Source: an uncultured delta proteobacterium (GTDB lineage Bacteria > Myxococcota_A > Polyangia > Polyangiales > Polyangiaceae). Taken from it: DNA of 62,290 bases. The position numbers and the translations under genes were made by a program. Of this stretch, positions 28,601-38,768 are shown one piece after another (position 1 is the stretch's first letter; each line of letters starts with the position of its first letter). The stretch covers positions 1 through 62,290 of the forward strand of contig CAIQDA010000094.1 in the NCBI GenBank assembly GCA_903870415.1, written 5' to 3'. The notes under the pieces were generated by a model. That model was not told where the DNA came from, searched no databases, and saw nothing but the letters and a program-made list of their open reading frames with translations.

Positions 28601-28788
28601 TGGCTTGATTCCTTGGCTTCGCCGTTGCCGCCGCCACCGATGGCGTCCTCGGTTTTCGAGAGTCTTATTCGCTCTCCCAGCGTGACCCCGGGCGGCGCGG
28701 CGATCCTCCGCTCCTCCCCCAAACCGTGCCCCCGGGGTTGCATCTGGTTTCCGCGGAAATTCGCAGCGGTTCTGCTATTCTCTCGCGC

Positions 28789-29439
28789 GTGCAACCGTCG
28801 CTTGTTCTCCATGGTTACTGGCGCTCGTCGTCCGCATACCGGGTCCGCATCGCTCTCGAACTCAAGGGGCTCCGCTATCGGCAGGAGCCTGTGAACCTGC
28901 TTCACGGCGAGCACGTGAGCGACACGCATCGCGCGCGCAATCCTTCGGGATACGTGCCCGCGCTCGATGTGGAAGGCGCCACCCTCGTCGAGTCGGTGGC
29001 CATTCTCGAGTGGCTCGAGGAGGCTTTTCCATCGCCTGCGCTCTTGCCTCACGCGCTCCTTGATCGCGCCCATGTGCGCGCGCTCGTCGAGATCATCAAC
29101 GCGGGCACGCAGCCGCTCCAAAACCTGTGGGTGCTCAAGCAGCTCTTTCCAGGCGACGCGGACCAGGCGGCGAAAATGGCGTGGGCACGTCAGGTCATGG
29201 GCAAGGGTCTTGGCGCCTTCGAAGAACTCCTCGCGCGACGTGACGCCGGAGCTCCCTTTTGCTTCGGCACCCACCCCACCTACGCCGACGTCATGCTCGT
29301 GCCGCAGCTCTACAACGCCCGGCGCTTTGGAGTTGATCTCGAGCCTTTTCCAAGGATTCGCCGCGCGGAAGTCGCGTGCGCGGAGCTTGACGCCTTCAAG
29401 CGCGCCCACCCGGACGTGCAGCCCGACGCCAAGCCGTGA
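28789..29439 (+). CDS. maiA: Maleylacetoacetate isomerase (zeta-class GST)
   Basis: LHGYWRSSSAYRVRIALELKG zeta-GST signature. GTG at 28789 is preferred over the listed 28726. Confidence 0.85.
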   Translation: MQPSLVLHGYWRSSSAYRVRIALELKGLRYRQEPVNLLHGEHVSDTHRARNPSGYVPALDVEGATLVESVAILEWLEEAFPSPALLPHALLDRAHVRALVEIINAGTQPLQNLWVLKQLFPGDADQAAKMAWARQVMGKGLGAFEELLARRDAGAPFCFGTHPTYADVMLVPQLYNARRFGVDLEPFPRIRRAEVACAELDAFKRAHPDVQPDAKP

Positions 29440-30947
29440 CCCTGCGGCGGAAGACCTTCGCGTTCGCTCTCGCCGTTGCGCACGTCGCTTATGCCGACGA
29501 CGTTGCGGACGACGAGTCGCGCATCGAAGGTCCTTCGCCCGCGCCAACCGAAGGGGACGCCGCGGCAATCGCGAGCGAAGCCCGAACGCTTTACACGCTC
29601 GAGGGTGTCGACGTTCGCGGCAACGAGCGCACACTCTCGCGCGTCATCTACGCGCTGATTCCATGGGCTCCCGGCGATCGCATCGACCCGGAAGATCGCA
29701 GGCTTTTGCGTGCCCGCTATCGGCTCTTGGCCACGGGGTATTTTCGCGATGTGGAGCTGTCGTTGCGGCGCGGTTCGAAGCGCGGGCGCGTCGTCCTCGT
29801 TTGCGAAGTGCGCGAGAGAAACACGCTCATCGTCGAGAGCCTCGTGGCGGGCGTCGGCGCTCGAGCGAGCAGCGATGGCACCACCTCGCCCATCGGACCT
29901 TTTGGCGGCGTCGAGCTCGTCGAAAGCAACCTGGCGGGCACGGGCGTACTTTTCGGGGCCGCCGCGGCACTGGCGAACCATCAACACGCGCTTCGCCTGC
30001 GCGTCGGGGAGCGCGGTCTTTTGGCGTCGGGCGTCGATTTCGAAGCGAGTTTCCTCACGGCCGCACACGAAGAGTCCTTCGGTGCCCGCAAGGTCCTCGT
30101 GTCATCGCCCGAGGGAACAGCGCCGACGTCGCATGCAGTCTACACCTATGGTCGCATCGGCGGATCGCTCCGAGCCTCGATGCGCATGGATGCCGATTGG
30201 ACTCTTCATGGCACGTACCGCGCCGAGCTTCTCGATGCGCCCGAAGGACCCTCGTTCGCGAGCGAGCTCCTCAACGGTGAACGCACGCCAATTGCGACGC
30301 ATCTGCTGCCACGCGCGAGCACGCTCGGGGTCGTTGGAGTCTCGGCGATTTACGACAGTCGCGACAATCCCGCGGTGCCTTCGCGCGGCATCCTTGCGCG
30401 CATCGGGACCGACGTCGCCGCAACGCCCACCGGCAGCGACTACCCTTACGCGAAGGTCGAAGCGCGCCTCACCCGGTGGTTTGCGCTTCCTTGGCGCGGC
30501 GACACGCTTCGCCTCAACGCATTCGGCGGCGTCGTCTCCGGGTCCGCGCCGCTCTTTGAACGCTTCAACGTCGGCGACCTCAGCGACCTCTTGCCCGATC
30601 GGGTCCTCGGACTGACGGTCGATCAGCGACCCGCACCCAACCTGCTCGGCACACGCATCGGAGGCAACCGCTGGGGCACCGTCGCCGCCAAGCTCGACGT
30701 TGACTACGCGTTTCGCCTTTACCGCGGCGGCTCCTCCATCGAGTCGGTCGACCTCTACGTCGGCGCGGGTGCGTACTGGCTCGACGACCCGGCGCAGCTC
30801 CTCGCCTCGGCGCATCCTCCCGTCGATCGCTCCTGGCCCATCGACCTTACGTTCGACGCGGGCATCCGCATGGTCTCGAACGTGGGCGTTTTCGGCTTCG
30901 GCGTGTCGAATTGGCTCGGACTTTTTCCGACCGAGTTGCGCCCATGA
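29436..30947 (+). CDS. Omp85/BamA-TamA-family outer-membrane protein (POTRA + beta-barrel)
   Basis: Signal peptide, a POTRA-like block (GVDVRGNERTLSRVI...PGDRID...L..TGYFRDVEL), and Gly/aromatic-rich barrel strands. The GTG start overlaps the maiA stop (GTGA). Confidence 0.7.
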   Translation: MTLRRKTFAFALAVAHVAYADDVADDESRIEGPSPAPTEGDAAAIASEARTLYTLEGVDVRGNERTLSRVIYALIPWAPGDRIDPEDRRLLRARYRLLATGYFRDVELSLRRGSKRGRVVLVCEVRERNTLIVESLVAGVGARASSDGTTSPIGPFGGVELVESNLAGTGVLFGAAAALANHQHALRLRVGERGLLASGVDFEASFLTAAHEESFGARKVLVSSPEGTAPTSHAVYTYGRIGGSLRASMRMDADWTLHGTYRAELLDAPEGPSFASELLNGERTPIATHLLPRASTLGVVGVSAIYDSRDNPAVPSRGILARIGTDVAATPTGSDYPYAKVEARLTRWFALPWRGDTLRLNAFGGVVSGSAPLFERFNVGDLSDLLPDRVLGLTVDQRPAPNLLGTRIGGNRWGTVAAKLDVDYAFRLYRGGSSIESVDLYVGAGAYWLDDPAQLLASAHPPVDRSWPIDLTFDAGIRMVSNVGVFGFGVSNWLGLFPTELRP

Positions 30948-31591
30948 GAGCCTTCACTCGAACGCTCGCCGGTGTCGCGGCCATCATCCTGACCACGTCG
31001 CTTCGCGCACGTGCCGACGATCCCCCGCCCCCCGCCAAGTGGACGCGACGCCCCTTGGTGGCGGTCGCAAATGACAAGGGCCTTCGCGTCTCCGTTGCGT
31101 TTCGCGAGCTCCTCACCTCCCCCGTCAGCGAGAAGCTCGCCAACGGACTGCTGCACACGCTCACGCTTCGCGTCGCGATTCACGACGAGAGCGACGGTCG
31201 ACTCGTGGCCGCATCGGCGCGCACTTGCCGGGTCCGTTTCGATCTTTGGGACGAGGTCTACCGGGTGCAAATCGACGCGCCAGGAGATGCGCGCAACCTT
31301 GCGTTTCTCGCGGTGGACGGCGTCGCTCGTCAATGCGCAGAGCTCCGCGAGTTCGCCATTCCGATGCGCGCGCCATTGCTTGCAGGACGCAGCTATTTTG
31401 TTTCCGTGCGCGCGGACGTGAACCCGGCCGACCCCGAAATGATCGAGCACTTGCGGCGTTGGGTCACCGGTGCGTCGCCTTCGCGCACGGGCGGTGATGC
31501 GCTCTTCGGATCGGTCATGGGGCTCTTCGTTCGCGACTTCGCGAAGAGCGAACGCACCATCATGTTTCGAGGAGCACCGTTCGCCCAATGA
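30944..31591 (+). CDS. Periplasmic protein, DUF4390-like (hypothetical)
   Basis: Signal peptide MRAFTRTLAGVAAIILTTSLRARA. ATGA overlaps on both sides. The DUF4390 resemblance is from memory only. Confidence 0.5.
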   Translation: MRAFTRTLAGVAAIILTTSLRARADDPPPPAKWTRRPLVAVANDKGLRVSVAFRELLTSPVSEKLANGLLHTLTLRVAIHDESDGRLVAASARTCRVRFDLWDEVYRVQIDAPGDARNLAFLAVDGVARQCAELREFAIPMRAPLLAGRSYFVSVRADVNPADPEMIEHLRRWVTGASPSRTGGDALFGSVMGLFVRDFAKSERTIMFRGAPFAQ

Positions 31592-33585
31592 CGGCGCTCG
31601 CTCTTCTTGTGCAGCAGAAACTCGCCACGCTGCCGCGCGAGCCGGGCGTGTACCTCTTTCGCGACCGCGATGGACGCGTGCTCTACGTCGGCAAAGCCAA
31701 GAGCCTTCGCAGCCGCGTACGCAGCTATTTTGCTGAAAGTGGAGGCGATGGACGCTTCTTCATTCCGCTGCTTCCCGAGCTCATCGCGGACCTCGAAACC
31801 GTCGTCGTTGGTTCCGAAAAAGAAGCGCTGATTCTCGAGAACGAGCTCATCAAGCAGCACCTTCCACGCTTCAACGTGAAGCTGCGAGACGACAAGACTT
31901 ACCTTTCGCTCAAGCTCACGGTGGGTCATGCGTGGCCGAGGCTCCTCGTCATTCGGCGCGACGACGGATCGCCTGGGCCGGTGTTTGGTCCCTTCGACTC
32001 GGCGACCGCGGCTCGGCGCACTCTCCACGTCGTCAACAAGCACTTCCAACTGCGCACGTGCTCGGACGCGGACTTCGCCAATCGCCAGCGCCCGTGCCTG
32101 CAGCATCAAATCAAGCGCTGCCCCGCTCCGTGCGTGCTCGCCGTCGACGCGAGCTGGTACGCGACCCAAGTGCGCCTCGTGACGCTGTTTCTGGAGAACC
32201 GGCACGAAGAGTTGCGAAGCACCGTCGATGCGCAAATGCGTCACGCGGCGAGCACCTTTCAGTTCGAGCTCGCGGCGGTGTACCGCGATCAACTCCGAGC
32301 GATCGACCGTGTTCAGGAAGAGCAGCGCATCGTGAGCGACGACCCCGCGGATCGGGACGTCATCGGACTGCACCGCGATGGCGAGCGCATCGAACTTGCA
32401 CACCTGCGCGTGCGCTCGGGGCGCCTCGTGGACGTGCGGACCATCTCTGGCGTGCAAGCCGTTTTCGACGACGAGGCATTGCTTGCAGCCTACATCCTTC
32501 GAACCTACCTGCAGCACGACGTGGTTGGTGACGACGAGGCCGATGGTGATGGGGACGACGCCCAAACGCAGGCGCCGGCCATCGACGAAGAACCGACACG
32601 CCCGCCGAACGCCGCGCTGCCGCAAGGAATGATTCCTGAAGAGATTGTCGTGCCCGTCGAGCCCGAAGGAAAAGAGGCGCTCGAGGCGCAGCTCAAACGC
32701 GCCAGTGGCCACAAGGTCACGTTGCTTGTTCCGAAGCGCGGGCCGAAGGTCGACTTGCTCAAGCTCGCCATGGACAACGCGACCCACGCGTTTTCGGAAA
32801 AGCGGCGCTCCGTGGACGACGTCGAGGCTCGTCTCGCCAAGCTTCAACAGCTCCTGCGGTTGCCCTCGCTGCCAAGGCGCGTCGAATGTTGCGACATCTC
32901 GCATCTCGGCGGTGGCGACACGGTGGGCGCGGTGGTGGCGTTCCTCGACGCGGCTCCCGACAAGAGCCGCTACCGAACCTTTCATGTGCGCGACGACGTG
33001 GTCGAGCGGCGCGGCGGTGACGATTACGGCGCGATGTACGAGGTCCTGTCGCGGCGCTTTCGCCGAGGTCGAACCGCACGCACGACCTCGGACGATGAGT
33101 CCGCGTGGAACCTTCCCGACCTCTTCGTCGTCGATGGAGGGCGCGGACAAGTGGGCGTCGCCGTAGCGGCCGCGCGCGACCTCGGGCTCCACGATTTGCC
33201 CATTGTGGGCCTCGCGAAAGAACGCGACCTCACGTCCGGCGATCGCGTCGTCGACAGGCTCTACCTGCCGGGCCAAAAGAACGCGATTGAGCTCCGGTCC
33301 CACGCGGCGGTCTTGGGTTTTCTCGCTCATTTGCGCGACGAAGCTCACCGATTCTCAAACCGCGCGCGCGAGCGTCTCGGCAAAGTTCGACGCTTCCATT
33401 CGGCCCTCGACGACGTGAAGGGCGTCGGCGGCGAGACAAAAAAGAGACTCGTCGAACGCTTCGGTTCCGTGCGCGGCATTCTTCAAGCCAGCGACGCGGA
33501 ACTCGGCGCGGTCGAGGGAATGGGCGCAAAGCAAGTCGCGGCCATCCGACTCGGGCTTGCGACCGCCGTCCTCCGAGATGGATAA
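31588..33585 (+). CDS. uvrC: Excinuclease ABC subunit C
   Basis: GIY-YIG N-terminus (PGVYLFRD..GRVLYVGKAKSLRSRVRSYF), a UVR domain, and a C-terminal endonuclease / (HhH)2 region. 665 aa. Confidence 0.95.
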   Translation: MTALALLVQQKLATLPREPGVYLFRDRDGRVLYVGKAKSLRSRVRSYFAESGGDGRFFIPLLPELIADLETVVVGSEKEALILENELIKQHLPRFNVKLRDDKTYLSLKLTVGHAWPRLLVIRRDDGSPGPVFGPFDSATAARRTLHVVNKHFQLRTCSDADFANRQRPCLQHQIKRCPAPCVLAVDASWYATQVRLVTLFLENRHEELRSTVDAQMRHAASTFQFELAAVYRDQLRAIDRVQEEQRIVSDDPADRDVIGLHRDGERIELAHLRVRSGRLVDVRTISGVQAVFDDEALLAAYILRTYLQHDVVGDDEADGDGDDAQTQAPAIDEEPTRPPNAALPQGMIPEEIVVPVEPEGKEALEAQLKRASGHKVTLLVPKRGPKVDLLKLAMDNATHAFSEKRRSVDDVEARLAKLQQLLRLPSLPRRVECCDISHLGGGDTVGAVVAFLDAAPDKSRYRTFHVRDDVVERRGGDDYGAMYEVLSRRFRRGRTARTTSDDESAWNLPDLFVVDGGRGQVGVAVAAARDLGLHDLPIVGLAKERDLTSGDRVVDRLYLPGQKNAIELRSHAAVLGFLAHLRDEAHRFSNRARERLGKVRRFHSALDDVKGVGGETKKRLVERFGSVRGILQASDAELGAVEGMGAKQVAAIRLGLATAVLRDG

Positions 33586-33739
33586 GCCGTTCCCCAGTTG
33601 GCCCGGTTTCGTCTACCTGCGATGGACGAATTCACGCTGAGCGAAACCGGCGACGCCAGGAGTTCAACGAGCCACGCCGCGATGGCACCCTTTCCTGATT
33701 CGCGTGCTAGGACCTTGGGCCGCACGCGTGAGAAGCACC

Positions 33740-36118
33740 ATGAGCCCGATTTCGCCTATGTCTCGGTCCCCCTGGGGCCGCAAAGTCGCCACCGCGTCTG
33801 TCATCGCTGGAGCCCTCGTCGGCTTCGGCTGCCTGAGCCGCCCCATTGCGGAAGTGCAGCCGGAGGTAAGTGCGACGATCTTCTCCAAGATCAACTTGAA
33901 GGGCGTCGATAAAGTCGACCTTCTGTTCGCGATCGACAACTCGGCCTCCATGGCCGACAAACAAGCCATCCTCGGCGTCGCCGTGCCGAAGCTTGTGGGT
34001 CGCCTCGTCAACCCGCTTTGCAAGAAAGAGCTCGGCACCGGTGACACGGTCGGGTCTTCGGACCGCGGCGATTGCACGACGCTGGCCGCCGGCGACGAGT
34101 CGATTCGCGCGGAGTTTCCCGCGGTGAAGGACTTGCACGTCGGCATCGTGAGCTCCTCGATGGGCTCGCGCGGCGGGTACGCGGCCTGCAAGCCGAAGGA
34201 CCCAAGCCAGTTTCCGTTTCAGCGCCACACGGACGACCGCGGTCACCTGCTCTACCGCACCAAGGGTTCGAGCTCGGACCGTGACGGAACGCCCGACGAC
34301 AAGGCGGCGGCAAACGGCGGCTTCCTTGCATTCTACAACAAGACCGACAAGCCCTCTGTCGACGCAGCGCCGCTGTCGAACTCGACGGACTTCGTCACGC
34401 GCTTCACGTCCATGATCACCGGCGTGCAAGAGTACGGCTGCGGCTTCGAGGCCCAGCTTGAGAGCGTCTACCGCTTCCTCTTTCAGCCCGATCCGTACAC
34501 AAGCTTCAAGGTCTCGGTCGACCCGACGAACGGCGCCGAATCCATCGCCCTCGACGGCGTCGACGCGGACATCTTGCTCCAGCGCAAGAAGTTCCTTCGC
34601 CCCGACTCCCTCGTTGCAGTCGTCATGGTCACCGACGAGAACGACTCGACGGCGGACCCCCTCGCGGCCGAGGTCGTGAACAACACGGGCTACCAGTGGG
34701 GTTACTGGTTCTTCGACTACGGCTACGCCGCGGACCCGCCGCAGGCTGCGCCGCTCAAGAACAACCGTGGCTACACGCCGCGCGGCACGTCCGCCTGCGA
34801 CACGGACCCCATGTCCGTTGGCTGCACGAGCTGCCGTGCGAACCCAAGCGACACCGCGTGCGGCGGAAGCGCCAACGCCCGCGTGCCCGACGGCGACCTT
34901 CCGAACGAGCGCTGGTTCCAGCCCAAGCGCCGCTTCGGTTACGATCCGCAGTTCCCGATCCAGCGCTACGTCGACGGCTACCAGAGCTCCAAGCTCCCGA
35001 ACCGCACCACCGAGCACTCGCGCGCCAACCAGTACCGCACCGACGACGCGGCCAAGTCGTGCACGAACCCCGTGTTCGCCGCCGAGCTTCCGGACCCAAC
35101 GGGCCTCGATCTGAACGCCGAGCTCAATGGCAAACTCTGCACGCTCCCAACCGGAACGCGTGACAAGAACCTCGTCATCTTCTCGCTCATCGGCGGCGTG
35201 CCTTGGCAGCTGCTCTCGACGACCACGGACCCAGCCACCGCGAAGCTGAAGGACAAGCTCACGAGCAGCGACTGGACGACCATCCTCGGCTCGGACCCGC
35301 TGAACTTCAAGTTCGATGGCGCCGACCCGCACATGATCGAGTCGATGAGCGCGCGCCCGAGCTTGCCGCCCGCGAACACCGCAGGCAACGGCACCGATGC
35401 CATTCACGGCCGCGAGTACAACACCGCGAACAGTGACTTGCAGTATGCATGCACCTTCAATCTGCCGACGCCGAAGAACTGCGGCGCGACCGACCTGTGC
35501 GACTGCAACAGCGCGGACAAGAACCCGCCGCTCTGCAACGGCACCTCGCAGATCAAGGCGAAGGCGTACCCGACCATCCGCGAACTCTCGCTGGCGCGTG
35601 CCCTCTCCGCGAGCGAGCAGTCCGTCGTCGCCTCCATCTGCCCGATCACGTTGAGCGGCGATCAGAACAGCGCGACCTACGGCTACAACCCTGCCGCGGA
35701 AGCCATCGTCAACCGCCTCAAGCAAGGTCTCGGCGGCCAATGCCTGCCGCGCCCGCTGATGGTCGATACGGCGACGAACCAGGCGCCTTGCCTCATCATC
35801 GAGACGCGCGCGGAGACCCTCGACTCGGGCACCAAGTGCGCGGACGTCGATCGCATCGACCTCGACCCCGCCGTCCTCGCCCGCGTTCGCACGGGCCAGA
35901 CCGCCGAAGAAAAGACGAAGCTCGTCTGCGGCATCAAGCAGATCACCGACGTGAACACCGCCAACTCGTGCCTCACGAGCCCCGACGCCGGCTGGTGCTA
36001 CGTCACCGGCGCAAAGGCCCGCGAAGCCTCGAACTGCGCGCAGGATTACGCCATCAAGTTCTCGCAACGAGGACTCCCGAAGGGCGAGGTTCAGCTCACC
36101 TGCATCCTGCGCAACTGA
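33740..36118 (+). CDS. Large Cys-rich lipoprotein with N-terminal VWA/MIDAS-like motif
   Basis: Lipobox LVGFGC. DLLFAIDNSASM (DxSxS MIDAS-like). About 26 Cys spread through 792 aa. Confidence 0.65.
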   Translation: MSPISPMSRSPWGRKVATASVIAGALVGFGCLSRPIAEVQPEVSATIFSKINLKGVDKVDLLFAIDNSASMADKQAILGVAVPKLVGRLVNPLCKKELGTGDTVGSSDRGDCTTLAAGDESIRAEFPAVKDLHVGIVSSSMGSRGGYAACKPKDPSQFPFQRHTDDRGHLLYRTKGSSSDRDGTPDDKAAANGGFLAFYNKTDKPSVDAAPLSNSTDFVTRFTSMITGVQEYGCGFEAQLESVYRFLFQPDPYTSFKVSVDPTNGAESIALDGVDADILLQRKKFLRPDSLVAVVMVTDENDSTADPLAAEVVNNTGYQWGYWFFDYGYAADPPQAAPLKNNRGYTPRGTSACDTDPMSVGCTSCRANPSDTACGGSANARVPDGDLPNERWFQPKRRFGYDPQFPIQRYVDGYQSSKLPNRTTEHSRANQYRTDDAAKSCTNPVFAAELPDPTGLDLNAELNGKLCTLPTGTRDKNLVIFSLIGGVPWQLLSTTTDPATAKLKDKLTSSDWTTILGSDPLNFKFDGADPHMIESMSARPSLPPANTAGNGTDAIHGREYNTANSDLQYACTFNLPTPKNCGATDLCDCNSADKNPPLCNGTSQIKAKAYPTIRELSLARALSASEQSVVASICPITLSGDQNSATYGYNPAAEAIVNRLKQGLGGQCLPRPLMVDTATNQAPCLIIETRAETLDSGTKCADVDRIDLDPAVLARVRTGQTAEEKTKLVCGIKQITDVNTANSCLTSPDAGWCYVTGAKAREASNCAQDYAIKFSQRGLPKGEVQLTCILRN

Positions 36119-36144
36119 GTCACACAGGCCGCCTCGATGCGAAG

Positions 36145-36178
36145 AAGGGCTCCTCGAAAGGGGGGCCCTTTTTCTTTG
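36145..36178 (+). terminator. Intrinsic terminator after the large lipoprotein gene
   Basis: AAGGGC - 14-nt loop (with an internal CC/GG pair) - GCCCTT, followed by TTTTCTTT. Confidence 0.6.
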
Positions 36179-36295
36179 CCGCGGGTACACCACCGCGAAT
36201 AGGCGCATGTACTCTACACGCACACGGGAGCGTTCGGAGCCACTGCGCCGCGTGCGTGCAAAGGTGTGTGAAGCCCCGGTGAAAGGCGCGTTGAT

Positions 36296-37336
36296 TTACG
36301 CGCGTGTGGAGCCGTCGCCGTTCTTGTCGCGCGTGTTTTGCCAATCGACCATCCAGCCGGGGTACTCGGGCGGCAACGCGCTCACCTCGTCGAGCCTGCG
36401 CAACTCGTCTTCGCTGAGCACGACCTTCGTCGAGGCGAGGTTGTCGACAAGCTGCTCTTGCGTGCGAGCGCCGATGATGACGCTCGTCACGAAGGGCTTG
36501 TGGAGAACGTACGCGAGCGCGATCTGCGCGACGCTTACGCCGTGCTCGAGGGCGATGGGACGCATGACTTCGATGCATCCGAAAGCTCGCCCCTTGTCCA
36601 CGATTGGAAAGTCGAACGAGGCGCGCCGCGACCCTTCCGGGCCCTTCTCGCCGGCTGCGAATTTGCCGCTCAAAAGCCCGCCCGCGAGCGGAGACCACGG
36701 GAGAATCGCGAGACCTTCTTCGCGAGCAAGGGGAACCACCTCGCGCTCAATTTCGCGTGAGGCAATCGAGTAATACATTTGCGCGGAGACGAACCGCGGC
36801 AGCCCCATGCGTTCGGCGATCGCCAGCGCCTTCATCGCGGTCCATGCGGGCAAATTGCAAAACCCTACGTAACGAACCTTGCCTGCGCGGACGACGTCCC
36901 CGAGCGCGTCGAGCGTCTCCTCGAGCGGCGTCGCCACGTCAACGCCGTGAATCTGAAAGAGGTCCACGTGGTCGGTCTTGAGCCGCCGCAAACTCTCGTC
37001 GATCGACGCGAGCACGTGCTTGCGCGAGAGCCCCACGTCGTTGGGCCCCGGTCCCATGCGGCCCCGAACCTTCGTCGCGAGCACGAGCGAATGGCGCGCG
37101 AGACCGAGCTTGCCGATCGCTTCGCCGACGAGTTTCTCGCTTTCGCCCTCGTGGTAAACGTTCGCCGTGTCGATGAAGTTCACGCCCGCGTCAACGGCGC
37201 TGCGAAGTTGCTCGACGACCGGGTCGAGACCGAGGTCACCCATGATGGCCCAAAAGCCTTTGCCTCCGTACGTCATGGTGCCGAGGCACACTTCCGAAAC
37301 GAAGAGTCCCGTTCGACCGAGCTTGTGAAAACGCAT
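36296..37336 (-). CDS. Aldo/keto reductase
   Basis: MRFHKLGRTGLFVSEVCLGTMTYG, FIDTANVYHEGESE, DLFQIHG. I prefer the start at 37336; the listed ORF extends upstream to 37588. Confidence 0.9.
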   Translation of the reverse strand: MRFHKLGRTGLFVSEVCLGTMTYGGKGFWAIMGDLGLDPVVEQLRSAVDAGVNFIDTANVYHEGESEKLVGEAIGKLGLARHSLVLATKVRGRMGPGPNDVGLSRKHVLASIDESLRRLKTDHVDLFQIHGVDVATPLEETLDALGDVVRAGKVRYVGFCNLPAWTAMKALAIAERMGLPRFVSAQMYYSIASREIEREVVPLAREEGLAILPWSPLAGGLLSGKFAAGEKGPEGSRRASFDFPIVDKGRAFGCIEVMRPIALEHGVSVAQIALAYVLHKPFVTSVIIGARTQEQLVDNLASTKVVLSEDELRRLDEVSALPPEYPGWMVDWQNTRDKNGDGSTRA

Positions 37337-37445
37337 GCAAACCTCACGGACCTCGCATCGGCTGCGACAGTGCGCCGAGCGGCCCGATGGACGATGAGCG
37401 CAGCCTCCCGCCAAGTCAACGCGGTGCGCGTAAGCGAAGGCCGCG

Positions 37446-38768
37446 TTACGCGCCGGTGATGAGCGTGAGCGCCTTGGTGGACCGAAGAACGATGCCCGGC
37501 TGTCCCGCGTAAACCGCCACGCCTTCTCCCGAATCGGGCACGTCGAACGACCACAAGCTCTTCGCTCGGCGCCCCTGCAGGCCGCCAACCGATTGCGTAT
37601 CGAGCGCCGTGAGCGTCACGATCCCCGCGGCCTTCTCGCGAAGGACCACGAGCGCGTCGTCGGTGCCAAAGCAGAGGCTCGTTCCTCGCGCGCCGAGGAG
37701 CACACCGTCCGGCGCACCCGCACCATTCGGTAGTTTGAGCGCAAGGCCCCACGCCAAACCGCCGACGACATTCGGCTGCAAAAAAAGCTGACCGCTCGGC
37801 ATGCGCACCGCGCGAAATCCCGAAAACGTTCGCGATGGCGCGCCGCCCATGCGGGCCACGTGACGCTGTCGCACCACCGACGTCGCGCGATCGATCGTGA
37901 GCGCTTCGACGAGAAGTTCGCCCTCGGTGTCCGAGGCAAGCGCGGCGAACGCGCAGGTCACCGACGACTCGCCGCCTACGACCGTCGTCGCAGCCGACGT
38001 ATGCTCGAGGGAAGACCTGAACCAGATTCCTTCCGCTGGAGCGCTTGAGCCGCGCGACCCGTCCGAACCTCCCCCAACTTCGGCAACGCCCATGCGCTGC
38101 GCCCCTGGAGCTGTGGGCGGCGGCCCGTCGATGCCCGGCACAGGAATGATCAGGTATTCGCCTGATATTGCGCAATCGCGTGGCGGCCCGCCTCGGTCGC
38201 CCGCAGCGAGCCCTGTATCGTGCGCACGCAGCGATCCGCGTCGCGAAGGAAGGTCGACCCAACCGAAGCGTCGCGAACGCTCCGCCCCGAGCTCGACCTC
38301 GAAGGCCACCCGGTCATCGCTTGGAGCCCACATGTCGAGGACGTCGTCTTCAAGACCTGTCGTCACGAGCGGCAACACCGTGCGCCGTTGCGGCCGGAGC
38401 GAATCGCGTTCGAGCGCGTAGTGGTACGGTGCCACGGCATCACCGGCGACCGCCACGTGAACGGAGCGAGGCCCCACTGCGAGCGCGCCCACGGGAGCGG
38501 GGTCAGGCAATCTCCTCGAGACGCGCTCTTTGCCCGTCTTGCCGTCCACGAGATGAACCATCGCATGCGTCCAACCGGGCGGACCCGGCGGCATGGTGAC
38601 GACGACGATGAGGTCGCCCACCGTGCGCACTTGATCGACTCGACCGCCGTGACTCGGACGCCATGACCAGGCCACCTTTGGTTTCCAATCGGCCACGGTG
38701 CCGCGCACGAAACGCGACCCGAGCAAGTCGACTCGGCGGTGCGTCCAGTCGCTCGAAAGCGCGCTCAT
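37446..38768 (-). CDS. Hypothetical protein (440 aa), translationally coupled to glmS
   Basis: The ATG at 38768 overlaps the glmS stop (ATGA). High GC3. No recognisable motif. Beta-rich composition. Confidence 0.55.
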   Translation of the reverse strand: MSALSSDWTHRRVDLLGSRFVRGTVADWKPKVAWSWRPSHGGRVDQVRTVGDLIVVVTMPPGPPGWTHAMVHLVDGKTGKERVSRRLPDPAPVGALAVGPRSVHVAVAGDAVAPYHYALERDSLRPQRRTVLPLVTTGLEDDVLDMWAPSDDRVAFEVELGAERSRRFGWVDLPSRRGSLRAHDTGLAAGDRGGPPRDCAISGEYLIIPVPGIDGPPPTAPGAQRMGVAEVGGGSDGSRGSSAPAEGIWFRSSLEHTSAATTVVGGESSVTCAFAALASDTEGELLVEALTIDRATSVVRQRHVARMGGAPSRTFSGFRAVRMPSGQLFLQPNVVGGLAWGLALKLPNGAGAPDGVLLGARGTSLCFGTDDALVVLREKAAGIVTLTALDTQSVGGLQGRRAKSLWSFDVPDSGEGVAVYAGQPGIVLRSTKALTLITGA

